A stretch of DNA of 64,000 nt, taken from the NCBI GenBank assembly GCA_963664395.2, contig OY761159.2, forward strand, positions 4,000,001 through 4,064,000. Direction: 5' to 3'. Each line of letters starts with the position of its first letter. Position 1 is the stretch's first letter. The notes under the pieces were generated by a model, which ran no database searches, was not told where the DNA came from, and saw only the letters and a list, made by a program, of their open reading frames with translations. Below are positions 39,074 to 49,454 of this stretch, one piece after another. The translations under genes and the position numbers were made by a program. Origin of the DNA: Candidatus Binatia bacterium (lineage in GTDB: Bacteria > Desulfobacterota > Binatia > Bin18).

Positions 39074-39290
39074 GAAGCAGGACGAAGCAGGACAGGAAGC
39101 AGGACAAAGCAGGACGAAGCAGGACAAAGCAGGACAGGACGAAGCAGGACGAAGCAGGACAAAGCAGGACAAAGCAGGACAAAGCAGGACAAAGCAGGAC
39201 AAAGCAGGACAAAGCAGGACAAAGCAGGACAAAGCAGGACAAAGCAGGACGAAGCAGGACAAAGCAGGACGAAGCAGGACAAAGCAGGAC
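39074..39290. repeat. Tandem repeat, 10-bp unit RAAGCAGGAC, about 21 copies plus a partial
   Basis: Directly visible AAAGCAGGAC/GAAGCAGGAC units in the divergent intergenic region. Confidence 0.97.
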
Positions 39291-39388
39291 GAAGAATAAA
39301 ACCTGTGATCTTCCCTAAAGCCGAGCAAAGCGTCATAAAATTTTTCTGATCGAGCCATCTCTGTCACAGTTTACACACCGGAGGGATA

Positions 39389-40294
39389 ATGCATCTTGAG
39401 AATCTGTTGATCGGGCATAAGAGTCTGGCAGGAAATACGGGCATTTCCGTTCTCCTTTTTACGCAGCGGGTGGTGTGTGCGTATCATCTGTGTGGCTCGG
39501 CCCCAGGCACCCGTGATGTTGTCCCGCTCAATCTGGGAAACTCGGTTGAGGAGATTGATGCGCTGGTGTTTACTGGCGGGAGCGCCTATGGCCTCGGAGC
39601 GTCCACTGGCGTCATGGAATACCAGCAGGAACAGGGCCGGGGACTGGAGACGCCCGGTCGGATTGTGCCGATTGTTCCAACCGCGTGTATTTTTGATCTC
39701 GCCTATGGCACGCCGGCCTATCCGGCTGCGCAAGATGCCTACGACGCCTGCAAAGCCGCAACAAATAGTGAGTATGCACGTGGGCGGATCGGCGTTGGCA
39801 CTGGTGCGACTGTAGGTAAGGGGCTGGAGAATGGCCGACCCATGACTGGCGGGTTCGGCATTGGACATGTGCAGGTTGGTGAACTCAAGGTGGTGGCGTG
39901 TGCGGCTGTGAATGCCTTGGGCGATGTCCTGGAAAATGGCAAAATAATCGCCGGCGCAGTTGATACCAAAGGCCAGTTTCTGAACACCGAACAGCATCTT
40001 CTGCGCGGGAGCGCTGAAGCCAGGACGTCACTCCCCCAAAGCAACACGACCCTGGTCGCAGTCATAACCAATGCGGCGCTGAATCAGGAAGAACTCTTTA
40101 TTGTGGCAAAAATGGCCACCGCGGGGTTTGCCCGATCTCTATCCCCGGCCTTTAGTCCGTGGGACGGCGACCTTGTGTTCAGCGTGTCTGCCGGGCAAGT
40201 GCGGAGTGATATCATGATGATTGGGACGATAGCCGCAGAAGCCACTCGCCTGGCCATTCTCGATGCCGTGCGGGAATCGCGGATAATCGGCTGA
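39389..40294 (+). CDS. Peptidase S58/P1 family (DmpA-like)
   Basis: APGTRD, TGGSAYGL, GVGTGATVGK, VNALGDV, NTTL, DGDLVF. Confidence 0.88.
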   Translation: MHLENLLIGHKSLAGNTGISVLLFTQRVVCAYHLCGSAPGTRDVVPLNLGNSVEEIDALVFTGGSAYGLGASTGVMEYQQEQGRGLETPGRIVPIVPTACIFDLAYGTPAYPAAQDAYDACKAATNSEYARGRIGVGTGATVGKGLENGRPMTGGFGIGHVQVGELKVVACAAVNALGDVLENGKIIAGAVDTKGQFLNTEQHLLRGSAEARTSLPQSNTTLVAVITNAALNQEELFIVAKMATAGFARSLSPAFSPWDGDLVFSVSAGQVRSDIMMIGTIAAEATRLAILDAVRESRIIG

Positions 40295-40311
40295 GAGACG
40301 GAGGAGGGGAG

Positions 40312-40917
40312 ATGCTCAAACTGCACGATTATTTGTCTTCCGGAAACGGGTATAAAGTCCGCTTATTGCTCACTCAGCTTGGGATTCCCTTTGAACGCAT
40401 TGAGCACGATATCCTCCAGGGTGAGACCCGTACGCCGGACTTTCTGAAGCTCAACCCCAACGGTCGTATCCCCGTCCTGGAGTTGGAAGACGGCACCTGT
40501 CTGTCCGAGTCCAACGCGATTCTCTTCTATTTGTCTGAGGGAACCGCTTTCCTGCCTGACCACCGTCTGGCTCGGGCGCAGATTCTCCAGTGGATGTTTT
40601 TTGAGCAGTACAGCCATGAGCCCAACATCGCCACGTCGCGATTTTGGCTGATGCACGCTGAGCTGACAGACGAACGGCGCGCCGGGCTGGAGCAAAAACG
40701 TCCCCTTGGCTATGCCGCGCTTGAGGTTATGGAGCAGCACTTGGCCAAACGGACTTTCTTTGTGAGCGAGCGCTACACGATTGCGGATATTGCGTTATAC
40801 GCCTACACCCATGTCGCCCATGAGGGCGGCTTTGAGTTGGATCGTTTTGAAGCTATCAACATGTGGCTTGAGCGCATCCGGGTGCAACCCGGCCATATCT
40901 CCATTCTACAGACCTGA
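40312..40917 (+). CDS. Glutathione S-transferase
   Basis: SGNGYKVR, NPNGRIPVL, ESNAIL, TIADIALY. Confidence 0.93.
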   Translation: MLKLHDYLSSGNGYKVRLLLTQLGIPFERIEHDILQGETRTPDFLKLNPNGRIPVLELEDGTCLSESNAILFYLSEGTAFLPDHRLARAQILQWMFFEQYSHEPNIATSRFWLMHAELTDERRAGLEQKRPLGYAALEVMEQHLAKRTFFVSERYTIADIALYAYTHVAHEGGFELDRFEAINMWLERIRVQPGHISILQT

Positions 40918-41583
40918 GACCCATGAACCCACGGTCTCACCCAACTCGTTTTGCACGTCCGCAGTCGTCCGTCCCGAGCGTTTGGGGACGTGCAAAGAAT
41001 GGTCGCCGCCCTCAACAATATGGAGGGTCGCGCGCTTGCCCAGGTGGCGACATAACGGCCTGATGAGATCGAGTGCGGCCAGCCTGTCCCGCGTCCCTTG
41101 TAAGAAGAGCATGGGGACGTTCACCTCGGCTAAATGCGCCCCTCGCTCGCTCGACGGTTTCCCGGCCGCGTGTAAGGGAAAGCCGAAAAAGATCAGTCCT
41201 TGGACGTCCGGCAGGCAACCTTCGGCTGCAACCAGCGAGGTCAGCCGGCCTCCCATGGATTTCCCGCCGGCCAGCAGGGGCAGCCCCCGGGCGACTTTTT
41301 TTGCGACGGCAACCGCTGAGACGATGGTTGCGCGCAATGTCGTTTGAGAGTCCGGACTTTTCTTGCCTTTTTCCATATACGGAAACTGATAGCGAAACGT
41401 CGTAATTTTTCGGGCGGCAAGCTGTTCTGCCACGGCCTGCATAAAGGGGTGGTGCATCCCGGCTCCGGCACCATGGCCCAGAACGAGCAGGGCACGGGCG
41501 GATGCGGGTCGGAGGAGCAGCGCAGAGACGGCCCCGGTCCGATCCGTTGGCATAAACTGAAGCGCTCGAAGCGAGGTTGCCAT
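40906..41583 (-). CDS. Alpha/beta fold hydrolase (KANL3/Tex30-like)
   Basis: HGAGAGM, GGKSMGGR, GTRD, GDH. Confidence 0.85.
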   Translation of the reverse strand: MATSLRALQFMPTDRTGAVSALLLRPASARALLVLGHGAGAGMHHPFMQAVAEQLAARKITTFRYQFPYMEKGKKSPDSQTTLRATIVSAVAVAKKVARGLPLLAGGKSMGGRLTSLVAAEGCLPDVQGLIFFGFPLHAAGKPSSERGAHLAEVNVPMLFLQGTRDRLAALDLIRPLCRHLGKRATLHIVEGGDHSLHVPKRSGRTTADVQNELGETVGSWVSGL

Positions 41584-41589
41584 GCGAGC

Positions 41590-43305
41590 CTAGGCATTTT
41601 TCTGCTGCTCCGCTTTTTGGATTTTGGCCCAGGTGTCACGCAGGGTCACGGTGCGGTTAAAGACCGGGCGGCCCGGAGACGAGTCAGCCGTATCCACACA
41701 GAAATAGCCCTGACGTTCAAACTGAAAGCGGCTGCCGGCTTCGGCCTGGGCCAGGCTCGGCTCGACTTTGCAGTCGGTCAGGACTTCGAACGAGTGTGGA
41801 TTCAGATAATCGGTGAACGCCGCTCCGTCTTCCACATTGTCCGGGTCGGGCTTGGTGAAAAAATGATCGTACAGTCGGACCTCGGCGTTGACGGCGTGCT
41901 CGGCTGATACCCAGTGAATCGTGGCTTTGACCTTGCGACCGGCAGCCGGCCCACCGCTGCGCGTCTCAGGATCATAGGTGCAGTGAATTTCTGTAATCTC
42001 GCCGTTGTCATCTTTGATGACGCCGACGCATTTGACGATATAGGCGTAGCGCAGGCGCACTTCCCGGCCGGGCGCGAGACGAAAAAATTTACGCGGCGGC
42101 TCTTCACGAAAGTCCTCACGCTCAATATAAATCACTCGCGAGAAGGGGACTTGCCGCGTGCCGGCACTCGCATCTTCAGGGTTATTGACGGCGTCGAGTT
42201 GTTCGACCGTCTCTTTTTGGTCTTCAGGATAATTGTCTATGACCACCCGCAGGGGGCGGAGTACGGCCATGACCCGCGGGGCGGTTTGATTCAGCTCTTC
42301 GCGGATGCAGTGTTCGAGCATGGCATAGTCAACCGTGCTGTTCCGTTTGGCGAGGCCGATGCGTTCGCAGAAGGTCCGGAGCGACTGCGGCGTGTAGCCC
42401 CGGCGGCGGAGTCCGGCCAGGGTCGGCATGCGCGGGTCGTCCCAGCCGCTCACGTATTGGTCTGTCACCAGGGTGAGCAGCTTGCGTTTGCTCATGACCG
42501 TATAGGTCAGGTTCAAGCGGGCGAATTCGATCTGTTGGGGATGACTCGGGACGGGTAATGCGTCTAACGCCCAGTCGTACAGGGGCCGGTGATCCTCGAA
42601 CTCCAGGGTGCACAGCGAATGGGTAATCCCTTCGAGCGCGTCACTCAGGCAGTGGGTGAAGTCATACATGGGGTAGATGCACCACGTGTCTCCGGTGCGG
42701 TGGTGCGGGGCCTTCAGAATCCGGTACAGCGTAGGATCACGCATATTGATGTTCGGTGAGGCCATATCTATCCTGGCCCGCAGGACATGCGCGCCTTCCG
42801 GAAACTCGCCGGCGCGCATGCGGGCAAATAAATCGAGATTTTCCTCGACCGAGCGCTGCCGATAGGGGCTCTCTTTCCCCGGCTCGGTGAGGGTGCCGCG
42901 ATAGGCACGTATATCGTCAGGACTCAGACTGCACACATAGGCTTTGCCGTCTGTGATGAGTCGGAGCGCATAGTCATACAATTGTTCAAAATAGTCAGAG
43001 GCGTAGTATTCCCGGTCGTCCCAGTCGAAGCCGAGCCACTTGACATCCCGCTTGATGGATTCGACGTAATCGGTGTTTTCTTTGGTCGGGTTGGTGTCGT
43101 CGAAGCGGAGATTGCACGTGCCGCCATTTTCCAGAGCGACCCCAAAATTCAAGCAGATGGATTTGGCATGCCCGATATGGAGATGGCCGTTCGGTTCGGG
43201 CGGAAAGCGGGTCGCGATTCTGCCGTTATGTTTATTGGTCTTCAGGTCGGCGGCGATAATCGTCCGAATAAAGTCTGTTGAGTGGGGTGTGTCGGTCGTT
43301 GCCAT
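41590..43305 (-). CDS. glnS: Glutamine--tRNA ligase
   Basis: [43 protein letters not shown]. Confidence 0.97.
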   Translation of the reverse strand: MATTDTPHSTDFIRTIIAADLKTNKHNGRIATRFPPEPNGHLHIGHAKSICLNFGVALENGGTCNLRFDDTNPTKENTDYVESIKRDVKWLGFDWDDREYYASDYFEQLYDYALRLITDGKAYVCSLSPDDIRAYRGTLTEPGKESPYRQRSVEENLDLFARMRAGEFPEGAHVLRARIDMASPNINMRDPTLYRILKAPHHRTGDTWCIYPMYDFTHCLSDALEGITHSLCTLEFEDHRPLYDWALDALPVPSHPQQIEFARLNLTYTVMSKRKLLTLVTDQYVSGWDDPRMPTLAGLRRRGYTPQSLRTFCERIGLAKRNSTVDYAMLEHCIREELNQTAPRVMAVLRPLRVVIDNYPEDQKETVEQLDAVNNPEDASAGTRQVPFSRVIYIEREDFREEPPRKFFRLAPGREVRLRYAYIVKCVGVIKDDNGEITEIHCTYDPETRSGGPAAGRKVKATIHWVSAEHAVNAEVRLYDHFFTKPDPDNVEDGAAFTDYLNPHSFEVLTDCKVEPSLAQAEAGSRFQFERQGYFCVDTADSSPGRPVFNRTVTLRDTWAKIQKAEQQKNA

Positions 43306-43347
43306 GGGTCAGTGTCCTTACCGTGCCGGTGATTGGTTCCTGTTTCA

Positions 43348-43698
43348 CTATTCCTGAAGCGCCAAAACCAAACGCAATCCGGCATTCATCTCTTGCAATT
43401 GTCTGTCTGTCAACTTGCCAATCTTTTCTGTAAGAAAGGCCTTATCCACGGTGATGAGTTGTGAAACGTTTACAACGGAGTCTCGTTTCAAACCGGTATG
43501 TTTTGCTGAGAGCGGCATATTACCTGGTGCGGAAGCTAATCGCAGGTTTGAGGTAATGACGGCTGCAAGAACAGTCCGAATACGACTCCGATTAAAGTCA
43601 TTTGACTGGATAATAACCAGTGGACGACGGTAGCCGGGTTCAGACCCACTTGGCTGAGACAATGAGGCCCGCCATATTTCTCCGCGACGGACTACCAT
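43348..43698 (-). CDS. mazF: PemK/MazF family toxin
   Basis: RRGEIW, GSEPGYRRP..IIQSNDFN, TGL..DSVVNVSQ. Confidence 0.92.
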   Translation of the reverse strand: MVVRRGEIWRASLSQPSGSEPGYRRPLVIIQSNDFNRSRIRTVLAAVITSNLRLASAPGNMPLSAKHTGLKRDSVVNVSQLITVDKAFLTEKIGKLTDRQLQEMNAGLRLVLALQE

Positions 43699-43940
43699 TC
43701 TTCTTGAGGGAGAGATCGTAGCTGCAAGGCGTGAATCACCGGATCAATCGGCGCGGATGTTGAAGACTCCTGCATTGCATAGACCTCGTCGAGGCGTTGC
43801 GTCACACCGTCTCCTTGATGCACTTTCAGATAGGTGGCAATCGCTCTCGTATATAATTCACTCCGAGACACTCCGTTTCGTTGCGCGAGTTGCTCGGCGG
43901 CATGGAAGATGGGAGCCGGAATCGAAATCGCTGTTTTCAT
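43692..43940 (-). CDS. Ribbon-helix-helix antitoxin (ChpI/MazE-like)
   Basis: MKTAISIP...GVSRSELY..AI; overlaps the toxin start. Confidence 0.85.
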   Translation of the reverse strand: MKTAISIPAPIFHAAEQLAQRNGVSRSELYTRAIATYLKVHQGDGVTQRLDEVYAMQESSTSAPIDPVIHALQLRSLPQEEW

Positions 43941-43948
43941 AAGGTTCA

Positions 43949-43976
43949 AGTATAACTGTGGTTATACCTGAGTCAA
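43949..43976 (-). promoter_or_regulatory. TA promoter TTGACT-N16-TATACT with overlapping operator GTATAAC-N4-GTTATAC
   Basis: -35 at 43971-43976, -10 at 43949-43954, perfect 7-bp inverted repeat at 43950-43967; ATG 8 nt after the -10. Confidence 0.75.
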
Positions 43977-43987
43977 GAATGACAGCG

Positions 43988-44482
43988 CTATCTTGCCGTC
44001 AGCGACTCGGGCAGGCGGAAAAGACGCAGGGCGGTGTCGCGCAAGAACTTCTGCTTTGATTCCGGCCTGAGTTCCAGCGCATTGATCTCCTTGATTGCGC
44101 GTTCGGGGTCAATCACCGGCCAGTCCGTTCCGAACAGGACTTTGTCTTTGCCCCAGGTATTGATGAAATGGACAAAGGGCTCCGGCCAGTGGCGGTAGTG
44201 TTGGCAGATTTCCGCTACACGCTCATACGGAATCTCGAATGAGCCTTTAATGCGCATGTCTCCTGCACGAACCGCAATGAGAAGCGAACGCTGAATCCCG
44301 GCGTGGTCCATTTTCTCCAGATACGTTTCCAGCGGTACACCGGACCGTAATTCGGGTGGAAACCGGACTTGGTCGAGAAAATACTCATCCACCCCGGTCT
44401 GGCCCTGCCGGACTTCTTGTGGGGTGAAGAGGTTACAGACGACATCAATAGCACCATCAGCACCATCCATAGAATCATCCAT
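43988..44482 (-). pseudogene. Amidohydro_2 family protein with a large in-frame internal deletion
   Basis: N-terminal part (IDVVCN...MDHAGI...VAEICQHY) joined directly to C-terminal HWP...DKVLFGTDWP; 164 aa is too short for a TIM barrel. Confidence 0.7.
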
Positions 44483-44576
44483 GCGCTTGCCTCTCTGTGT
44501 CTCTGCCCGCACGATGACGTGCCGTGTTCTTTGCGTCAATGGTAGGGATATGATGTGTTCTACAAGAAAACCGACT

Positions 44577-45182
44577 ATGCTGCATCTATTCTTCTTTTGG
44601 ATAGGGACCCTCGTGCTGACCGTGGGGGCCAGCCAGGCGACCGAACTTCCCGGCGACTATTTTCCCCTCTCTGTCGCAAACCGTTGGCTGTATGAGTCGA
44701 GTGAAGGCACGCCAACGACCCCCGTGACCGAGACCTGGGAAGTGGTGAGCCGAAAAGGGCCGGGCTATATGATGCGTATTCGGCAGAGTCTCTTGGCCAA
44801 GGATTCTCCTCCAGAGTTTGTCTCCGTGTCGTCTGACGGAGTCGTTATGCAGCCGAGCGAAACAGCAGACGGGACTCCGCAGTTTATCTTCAAACCTCCG
44901 GTCACAGTTGGGACAACCTGGAAAACACCGGCTGGCCGCTACGAAATTACTGCACTGAATACGCTTGTCGCGGTTCCGGCGGGCGTATTTGAAGACTGTA
45001 TTGAAGTCACCTTTTGGAGCCGTCAGGCCAAGGCAGTGACGGTGTACGCCCCTGGCGTCGGTATGGTCCAGCGGGATGAATCATTTGCCATTCTTGGCGG
45101 GTTGGGTGGTGAGAAGGGCCAGAGCACGGTCAGTTTATGGCTGACCGAATGGCGGGTGGGGCCAGCCACAACGGGCGAGTAA
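44577..45182 (+). CDS. Hypothetical exported beta-rich protein
   Basis: Signal peptide ending SQA; YFPL..NRWLY and VPAGVFEDC...YAPGVGMV motifs. Confidence 0.7.
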   Translation: MLHLFFFWIGTLVLTVGASQATELPGDYFPLSVANRWLYESSEGTPTTPVTETWEVVSRKGPGYMMRIRQSLLAKDSPPEFVSVSSDGVVMQPSETADGTPQFIFKPPVTVGTTWKTPAGRYEITALNTLVAVPAGVFEDCIEVTFWSRQAKAVTVYAPGVGMVQRDESFAILGGLGGEKGQSTVSLWLTEWRVGPATTGE

Positions 45183-45249
45183 TTCCGGTTTCCCTTCTGT
45201 GAGGAAATCCCGCAGAGCGGCTGCGCGAAGCCCGTATGGTTGGGGCTGC

Positions 45250-47466
45250 CTAGCGCCGGCGTCTACGTCGATAGATGGACACCAGAGTGCCAAGCAGAAG
45301 AATAACACCCGGCTCGGCAACAATGGTGATGAGGAACAGCTGTCGCGTCTGTTCCGCGGTGAGCACCAAGGTTGAAATTTTCCGCTGGATAGATGCATCC
45401 CGGGGGCGCTCGGTAATAAACTTCTCGTCTTGCACCAGCCACTGCACCGTGTTGAGAAAGAGGTCTCTATTGCCTAATAAGGACAGCCTGGAATTGCTGG
45501 CAAAATCGCTGTCCCCATACACGACCAGGCGGGCAACCTGTTCCGGTGTTGTGTCCTCGCTGGCGGCTGGAGTGCCCCCGTTGGTTGGCTGGTCCGACTG
45601 CTCCATGTTGCCCTGCCGGCCCAGACGAATCGTCGCCGCCACTGCAAGCGAAATTGGACCTGGCCGGGCTTTCGTTCCTTCAAAGTCTACGGTCCCATCC
45701 GGAGATTCAGTCCCGGCGCGAAAACGTGCCCATGAGCCCGGTCCGGTCCGGCAGAATGGTTGCGCCGAGAGCACCCCGCTGGGCAACGGGTTGGCGGGCT
45801 CAACTGAACGGGAGAGCGGAAAAATTGTACCGACCTTGAAGTTCTGTACAATTTTGACGTCGGTATTATACAGCGACACCAGCGGGCTCAGCGCGTCGCC
45901 GCCAAAGAGTCTGTTTTGTGGATCATACACAATATCCTGCTCGAGCCGTACACCGTACTGGGAGAGGAAGGCGGTCAGGTTCGGGGCCGGCATGGGATCA
46001 AGCATGAAGAGGAGACTGCCGCCGGCTGAGAGATAGACGGACAGGCGCTCAAGCTCGGCCGGTAACAAGTCGGTCTGAGGACCGCTGACAACGACTAAGG
46101 CGGCGTCTTCAGGGACGCGCTCAGTTCGAGCCAGGAAGAAGGGCCGGACAACAAAGTTTTCGTTGTGTAAGGCTGAAGTGGCCTCACTATACCCCAGCTG
46201 CGGTTCACCACTGCGCGGATCTTTTTCGCCGTGGCCGCCAACAAAGTAAATCGTCTTTTCCTCTTCTCGGAGAAACTGGAACAGCGCCTCGGTGATGACC
46301 TTTTCGCCCGCGCCCGGCAATAATTTCCGCTGTCCGTCATATTCGAGTACCGCGGTTCCATAATGGGTCGCCCCATATTGGCGGGCCAGCCCCACGTTCC
46401 GGTCACGGTGCAGGATACGATACTGGAAGTATGCGTTTTCCGCAGTAAAACGTTTCAGTACATCTTCATAGCGTTGATACGAATCCGGGGAGCCACCAAA
46501 AAATAAGGTCAGCAGGGCCTCTGTCTTGAGATCAGCCAGCAGGCCTTTTGCCTGCTTTGAGAGTGATAAGGTCTGCGTAGGGGTGAAGTCCCAACGGACA
46601 TTGTTGCGAATAGAGAGGGTTTGTACACCGACCAGGCCGAGCAAAATGAGAACGTCCAGAACGGCAACCGTAATCCACTGCTTGCGACTTGGTGTTGAGA
46701 GAAACGTCGTAAACGAGGAGAATTCACCCCGGCCACGCCAACGCCGAGAGCGCAACGCCTGCCAGGTCAATAATAAAAAGAATGAGAAAAAGAAGAGAAA
46801 AAAGGTGATTTCCTGGGTATCAATCGCCCCTCGGGCGAAATTGTAAAAGCGATCAAAGAGCGAAATTTGCAGTAGGGCCTGGAGCCAGGTTTCGCTCACC
46901 GCCTGCTCGTTCCACGTCAGTGACCAGAACAGGACGAGTACGCCGAGGGTCGCCATGGCTGCAATCGCCTGGCTGTCGGTGAGCGCTGATAAGAGCAGGC
47001 CCACACTGATAAACACCAAGCCGATAAGAAAGAGACCGGTATAGCCAGGCAGCAAAGCCAGCCAAGACACGTCAGGATGCCACCACGAGAGGAGGAGAGG
47101 ATACAGCAGGGTCAGCCCCAGGACGACAAGCAGCAACGTGGCCGCGGCAAGGAATTTGCCCAGCAGAACGCTGCTTTCCGGGATCGGATAGGTCCATAAC
47201 AGATCGAGGGTGCCGAGTTTTTTTTCTTCCGCAAACGAGCGGGCGGTGATGGCTGGTACGAGCAGGAGGAGGACATAGCGGAGGTCGTGGAAAAAGAATT
47301 CCCACAGCCCCCGTTCGAGGCTTTGGCCACCCCACATCATAAAGAAGCTGATGTCGGTGTAAAAGAAGAAGCCGCACAAGGCGAGGGTAACCGCAACAAT
47401 GGCATAGGCCAGAAACAAGCCCAAATAGGACTGAAGTTCTTTAACGAAAACTGCTCGGAGAACCAT
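45250..47466 (-). CDS. ABC-2 permease fused to a GldG-type auxiliary domain (GldF-GldG fusion)
   Basis: FAEEKKLGTLDLLWTYP permease motif, WDFT...LS, IYFVGGHGE, VVYGDSDF, N.DLFLN.VQWL. Confidence 0.85.
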   Translation of the reverse strand: MVLRAVFVKELQSYLGLFLAYAIVAVTLALCGFFFYTDISFFMMWGGQSLERGLWEFFFHDLRYVLLLLVPAITARSFAEEKKLGTLDLLWTYPIPESSVLLGKFLAAATLLLVVLGLTLLYPLLLSWWHPDVSWLALLPGYTGLFLIGLVFISVGLLLSALTDSQAIAAMATLGVLVLFWSLTWNEQAVSETWLQALLQISLFDRFYNFARGAIDTQEITFFLFFFSFFLLLTWQALRSRRWRGRGEFSSFTTFLSTPSRKQWITVAVLDVLILLGLVGVQTLSIRNNVRWDFTPTQTLSLSKQAKGLLADLKTEALLTLFFGGSPDSYQRYEDVLKRFTAENAYFQYRILHRDRNVGLARQYGATHYGTAVLEYDGQRKLLPGAGEKVITEALFQFLREEEKTIYFVGGHGEKDPRSGEPQLGYSEATSALHNENFVVRPFFLARTERVPEDAALVVVSGPQTDLLPAELERLSVYLSAGGSLLFMLDPMPAPNLTAFLSQYGVRLEQDIVYDPQNRLFGGDALSPLVSLYNTDVKIVQNFKVGTIFPLSRSVEPANPLPSGVLSAQPFCRTGPGSWARFRAGTESPDGTVDFEGTKARPGPISLAVAATIRLGRQGNMEQSDQPTNGGTPAASEDTTPEQVARLVVYGDSDFASNSRLSLLGNRDLFLNTVQWLVQDEKFITERPRDASIQRKISTLVLTAEQTRQLFLITIVAEPGVILLLGTLVSIYRRRRRR

Positions 47467-47499
47467 AGGCTGATCTGCTCTACTGTTGGCTGCTGGTGT

Positions 47500-48456
47500 T
47501 TATGGTTGCGGGTGCGGTTGATCAACCACCCGGTGAAAAATTTCTTCGAGGTCCATCTCCCGCGAGCGGAGTTCAAATAAACGCCATCCACGCCCGGACA
47601 CCGCTTCCACAATGACCGGCCGCACGTCTCGGTGCCGGTCCGAGCGCACCGTATAGGAGACCGGGCCGCTGTTCTCGCCGTTCTCTTGGGAGTCAACCTG
47701 GACGTCGTGTACGCCGGGCAGGCTGTGCAGGAGCGTTTCCACTTCGGCTTGAGGACCGTCAATGTGCGCCACAACCTCACTCGCATCGCGCAGGCGGAGA
47801 GTCAGGTTGCCTGGGGTATCTAGAGCCAGCAAGCGGCCTCTGGCCAGGATCATCACCCGATCACACGTCAGGCGCACTTCAGGCAAAATATGGGTGGAGA
47901 GGATGACCGTCCGATTCCCGTGCATACCGCGTATGAGTTGCCGAAACTCAGCCGCCTGCTCAGGATCAAGGCCGATGGTAGGCTCATCGAGAATGAGCAC
48001 ACTGGGATCGTGCAGCATGGCCTGGGCCAAGCCGACACGCTGTCGATAGCCTTTTGAAAGGGTACCGATGTACACGCGGGTGACAGAGCCGAGGGCCAAC
48101 TCTTCAATGACCTGAGACACGCGGACGCGCCGCGCCGCGCCGCCTAAGCCTTTCAGTTTGCCCACAAAATTGAGATAGGTTGCCACCTCCATCTCCGGGT
48201 AGAGTGAGATATTCTCCGGCATATAACCGAGCTGCCGCCTGACTGCGAGAGATTCGTTCAGCACACTATGCCCGGCAACGCTGGCGGTGCCCGCGGTCGG
48301 AGACAGAATGCAGGCCAGAATGCGCATGGTCGTAGATTTGCCGGCTCCGTTCGGACCGAGGAGACCGACGATCTCTCCGTGATCGACGGAAAAACTCACA
48401 TCGGAGATAGCGCGAAACGTTCCGTAGAGTTTTGTCAGACCAGAGGCTTCGATCAT
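47500..48456 (-). CDS. ABC transporter ATP-binding protein (GldA-like)
   Basis: GPNGAGKST, LSKGYRQRVG, ILDEPT, STH. Confidence 0.93.
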   Translation of the reverse strand: MIEASGLTKLYGTFRAISDVSFSVDHGEIVGLLGPNGAGKSTTMRILACILSPTAGTASVAGHSVLNESLAVRRQLGYMPENISLYPEMEVATYLNFVGKLKGLGGAARRVRVSQVIEELALGSVTRVYIGTLSKGYRQRVGLAQAMLHDPSVLILDEPTIGLDPEQAAEFRQLIRGMHGNRTVILSTHILPEVRLTCDRVMILARGRLLALDTPGNLTLRLRDASEVVAHIDGPQAEVETLLHSLPGVHDVQVDSQENGENSGPVSYTVRSDRHRDVRPVIVEAVSGRGWRLFELRSREMDLEEIFHRVVDQPHPQP

Positions 48457-48533
48457 GCTGATTCTCTCATTTCAAGCAGACGCAGACAGTATCGTGCTCG
48501 ACGCTACGGAATCAACTCCCTCGTCCGGCCGGC

Positions 48534-49295
48534 CTAGTGCGCACTATGGCCGCCATCAACCGGAATGACTGCGCCAGTCATGAAGCTGGCCTCATCTGAG
48601 GCAAGATACAGGGCGAGCGAGACTACTTCGTGCGAGTTCCCAAACCGCTTGAGCAGATGCGTGTCCGCAATCTGTTGCCATACGGCCTCTTTATTCTCCA
48701 TGTCCTTGATATAATCGTGCGGCATGGGGGTATCAATCGCACCGGGACAAATGGCATTGACCCGAATATTATACGGAGCCAGGTCCACGGCCATACAACG
48801 GGTCAGATTCACCAGCCCGCCTTTGGCCGCACCATAGGCTGACATCTGCGGATAGCCAAGAATGCCCCCTGCGGATGAAATATTGATAATTGAGCCACGC
48901 TGTTGTTTCTCCATATGAGCGACAACTGCCTGGCTCATCAAGAATGGCCCGGTCAGATCAATCCGAATAATACGTTCCCATTCTTCCAGGGTGGTCTCCT
49001 GAAACGGTTTGCCTAAAATGACGCCGGCGTTGTTATACAAAATATCGATTTGCCCAAAGGTTGAGATGGCTTTCTCGACAACCGAATTGATCCCGTCCGT
49101 ATCCGCCGTGTCAGCCTGGACCCATTCAACCTGGGCTCCTGCTGAAGGAATATGCGTGGCGGTGTGTTCGATCTCTGGCAGGATATCACTGATCATCAAT
49201 GAAGCGCCTTCTTGAGCAAAGGTCTGTGCGGCAACCGCGCCTTGGCCGCGCGCGGCTCCGGTAATTATGGCGACTTTTCCATCCAAACGGCCCAT
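48534..49295 (-). CDS. SDR family oxidoreductase
   Basis: TGAARGQG, NNAG, YGAAK; ATG 49295 with AAGGAG. Confidence 0.92.
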   Translation of the reverse strand: MGRLDGKVAIITGAARGQGAVAAQTFAQEGASLMISDILPEIEHTATHIPSAGAQVEWVQADTADTDGINSVVEKAISTFGQIDILYNNAGVILGKPFQETTLEEWERIIRIDLTGPFLMSQAVVAHMEKQQRGSIINISSAGGILGYPQMSAYGAAKGGLVNLTRCMAVDLAPYNIRVNAICPGAIDTPMPHDYIKDMENKEAVWQQIADTHLLKRFGNSHEVVSLALYLASDEASFMTGAVIPVDGGHSAH

Positions 49296-49454
49296 GTGGT
49301 GTACTCCTTTCGGTTTTCCTTCTGAGGAGATAGCAGAAACTCGCCTTGGGTCCAAATACGGCTTGCTGAGGAGGGGCCGGCTGGCTATGTTGCTCACGAC
49401 GCGTTATGGACCGCTCTTATCGGTAAAAGAACACGCGCGAGATGAGAGGATAGT

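Noticed and set aside
39074-39290. Possible CRISPR array
   Set aside because: Units are contiguous 10-mers without unique spacers; no cas genes in the window
38941-39367. Six overlapping ORFs with SRTKQDKAGQ / LSCFVLLCPA repeats
   Set aside because: By-products of a stop-free 10-bp tandem repeat open in all frames; no RBS or domain evidence
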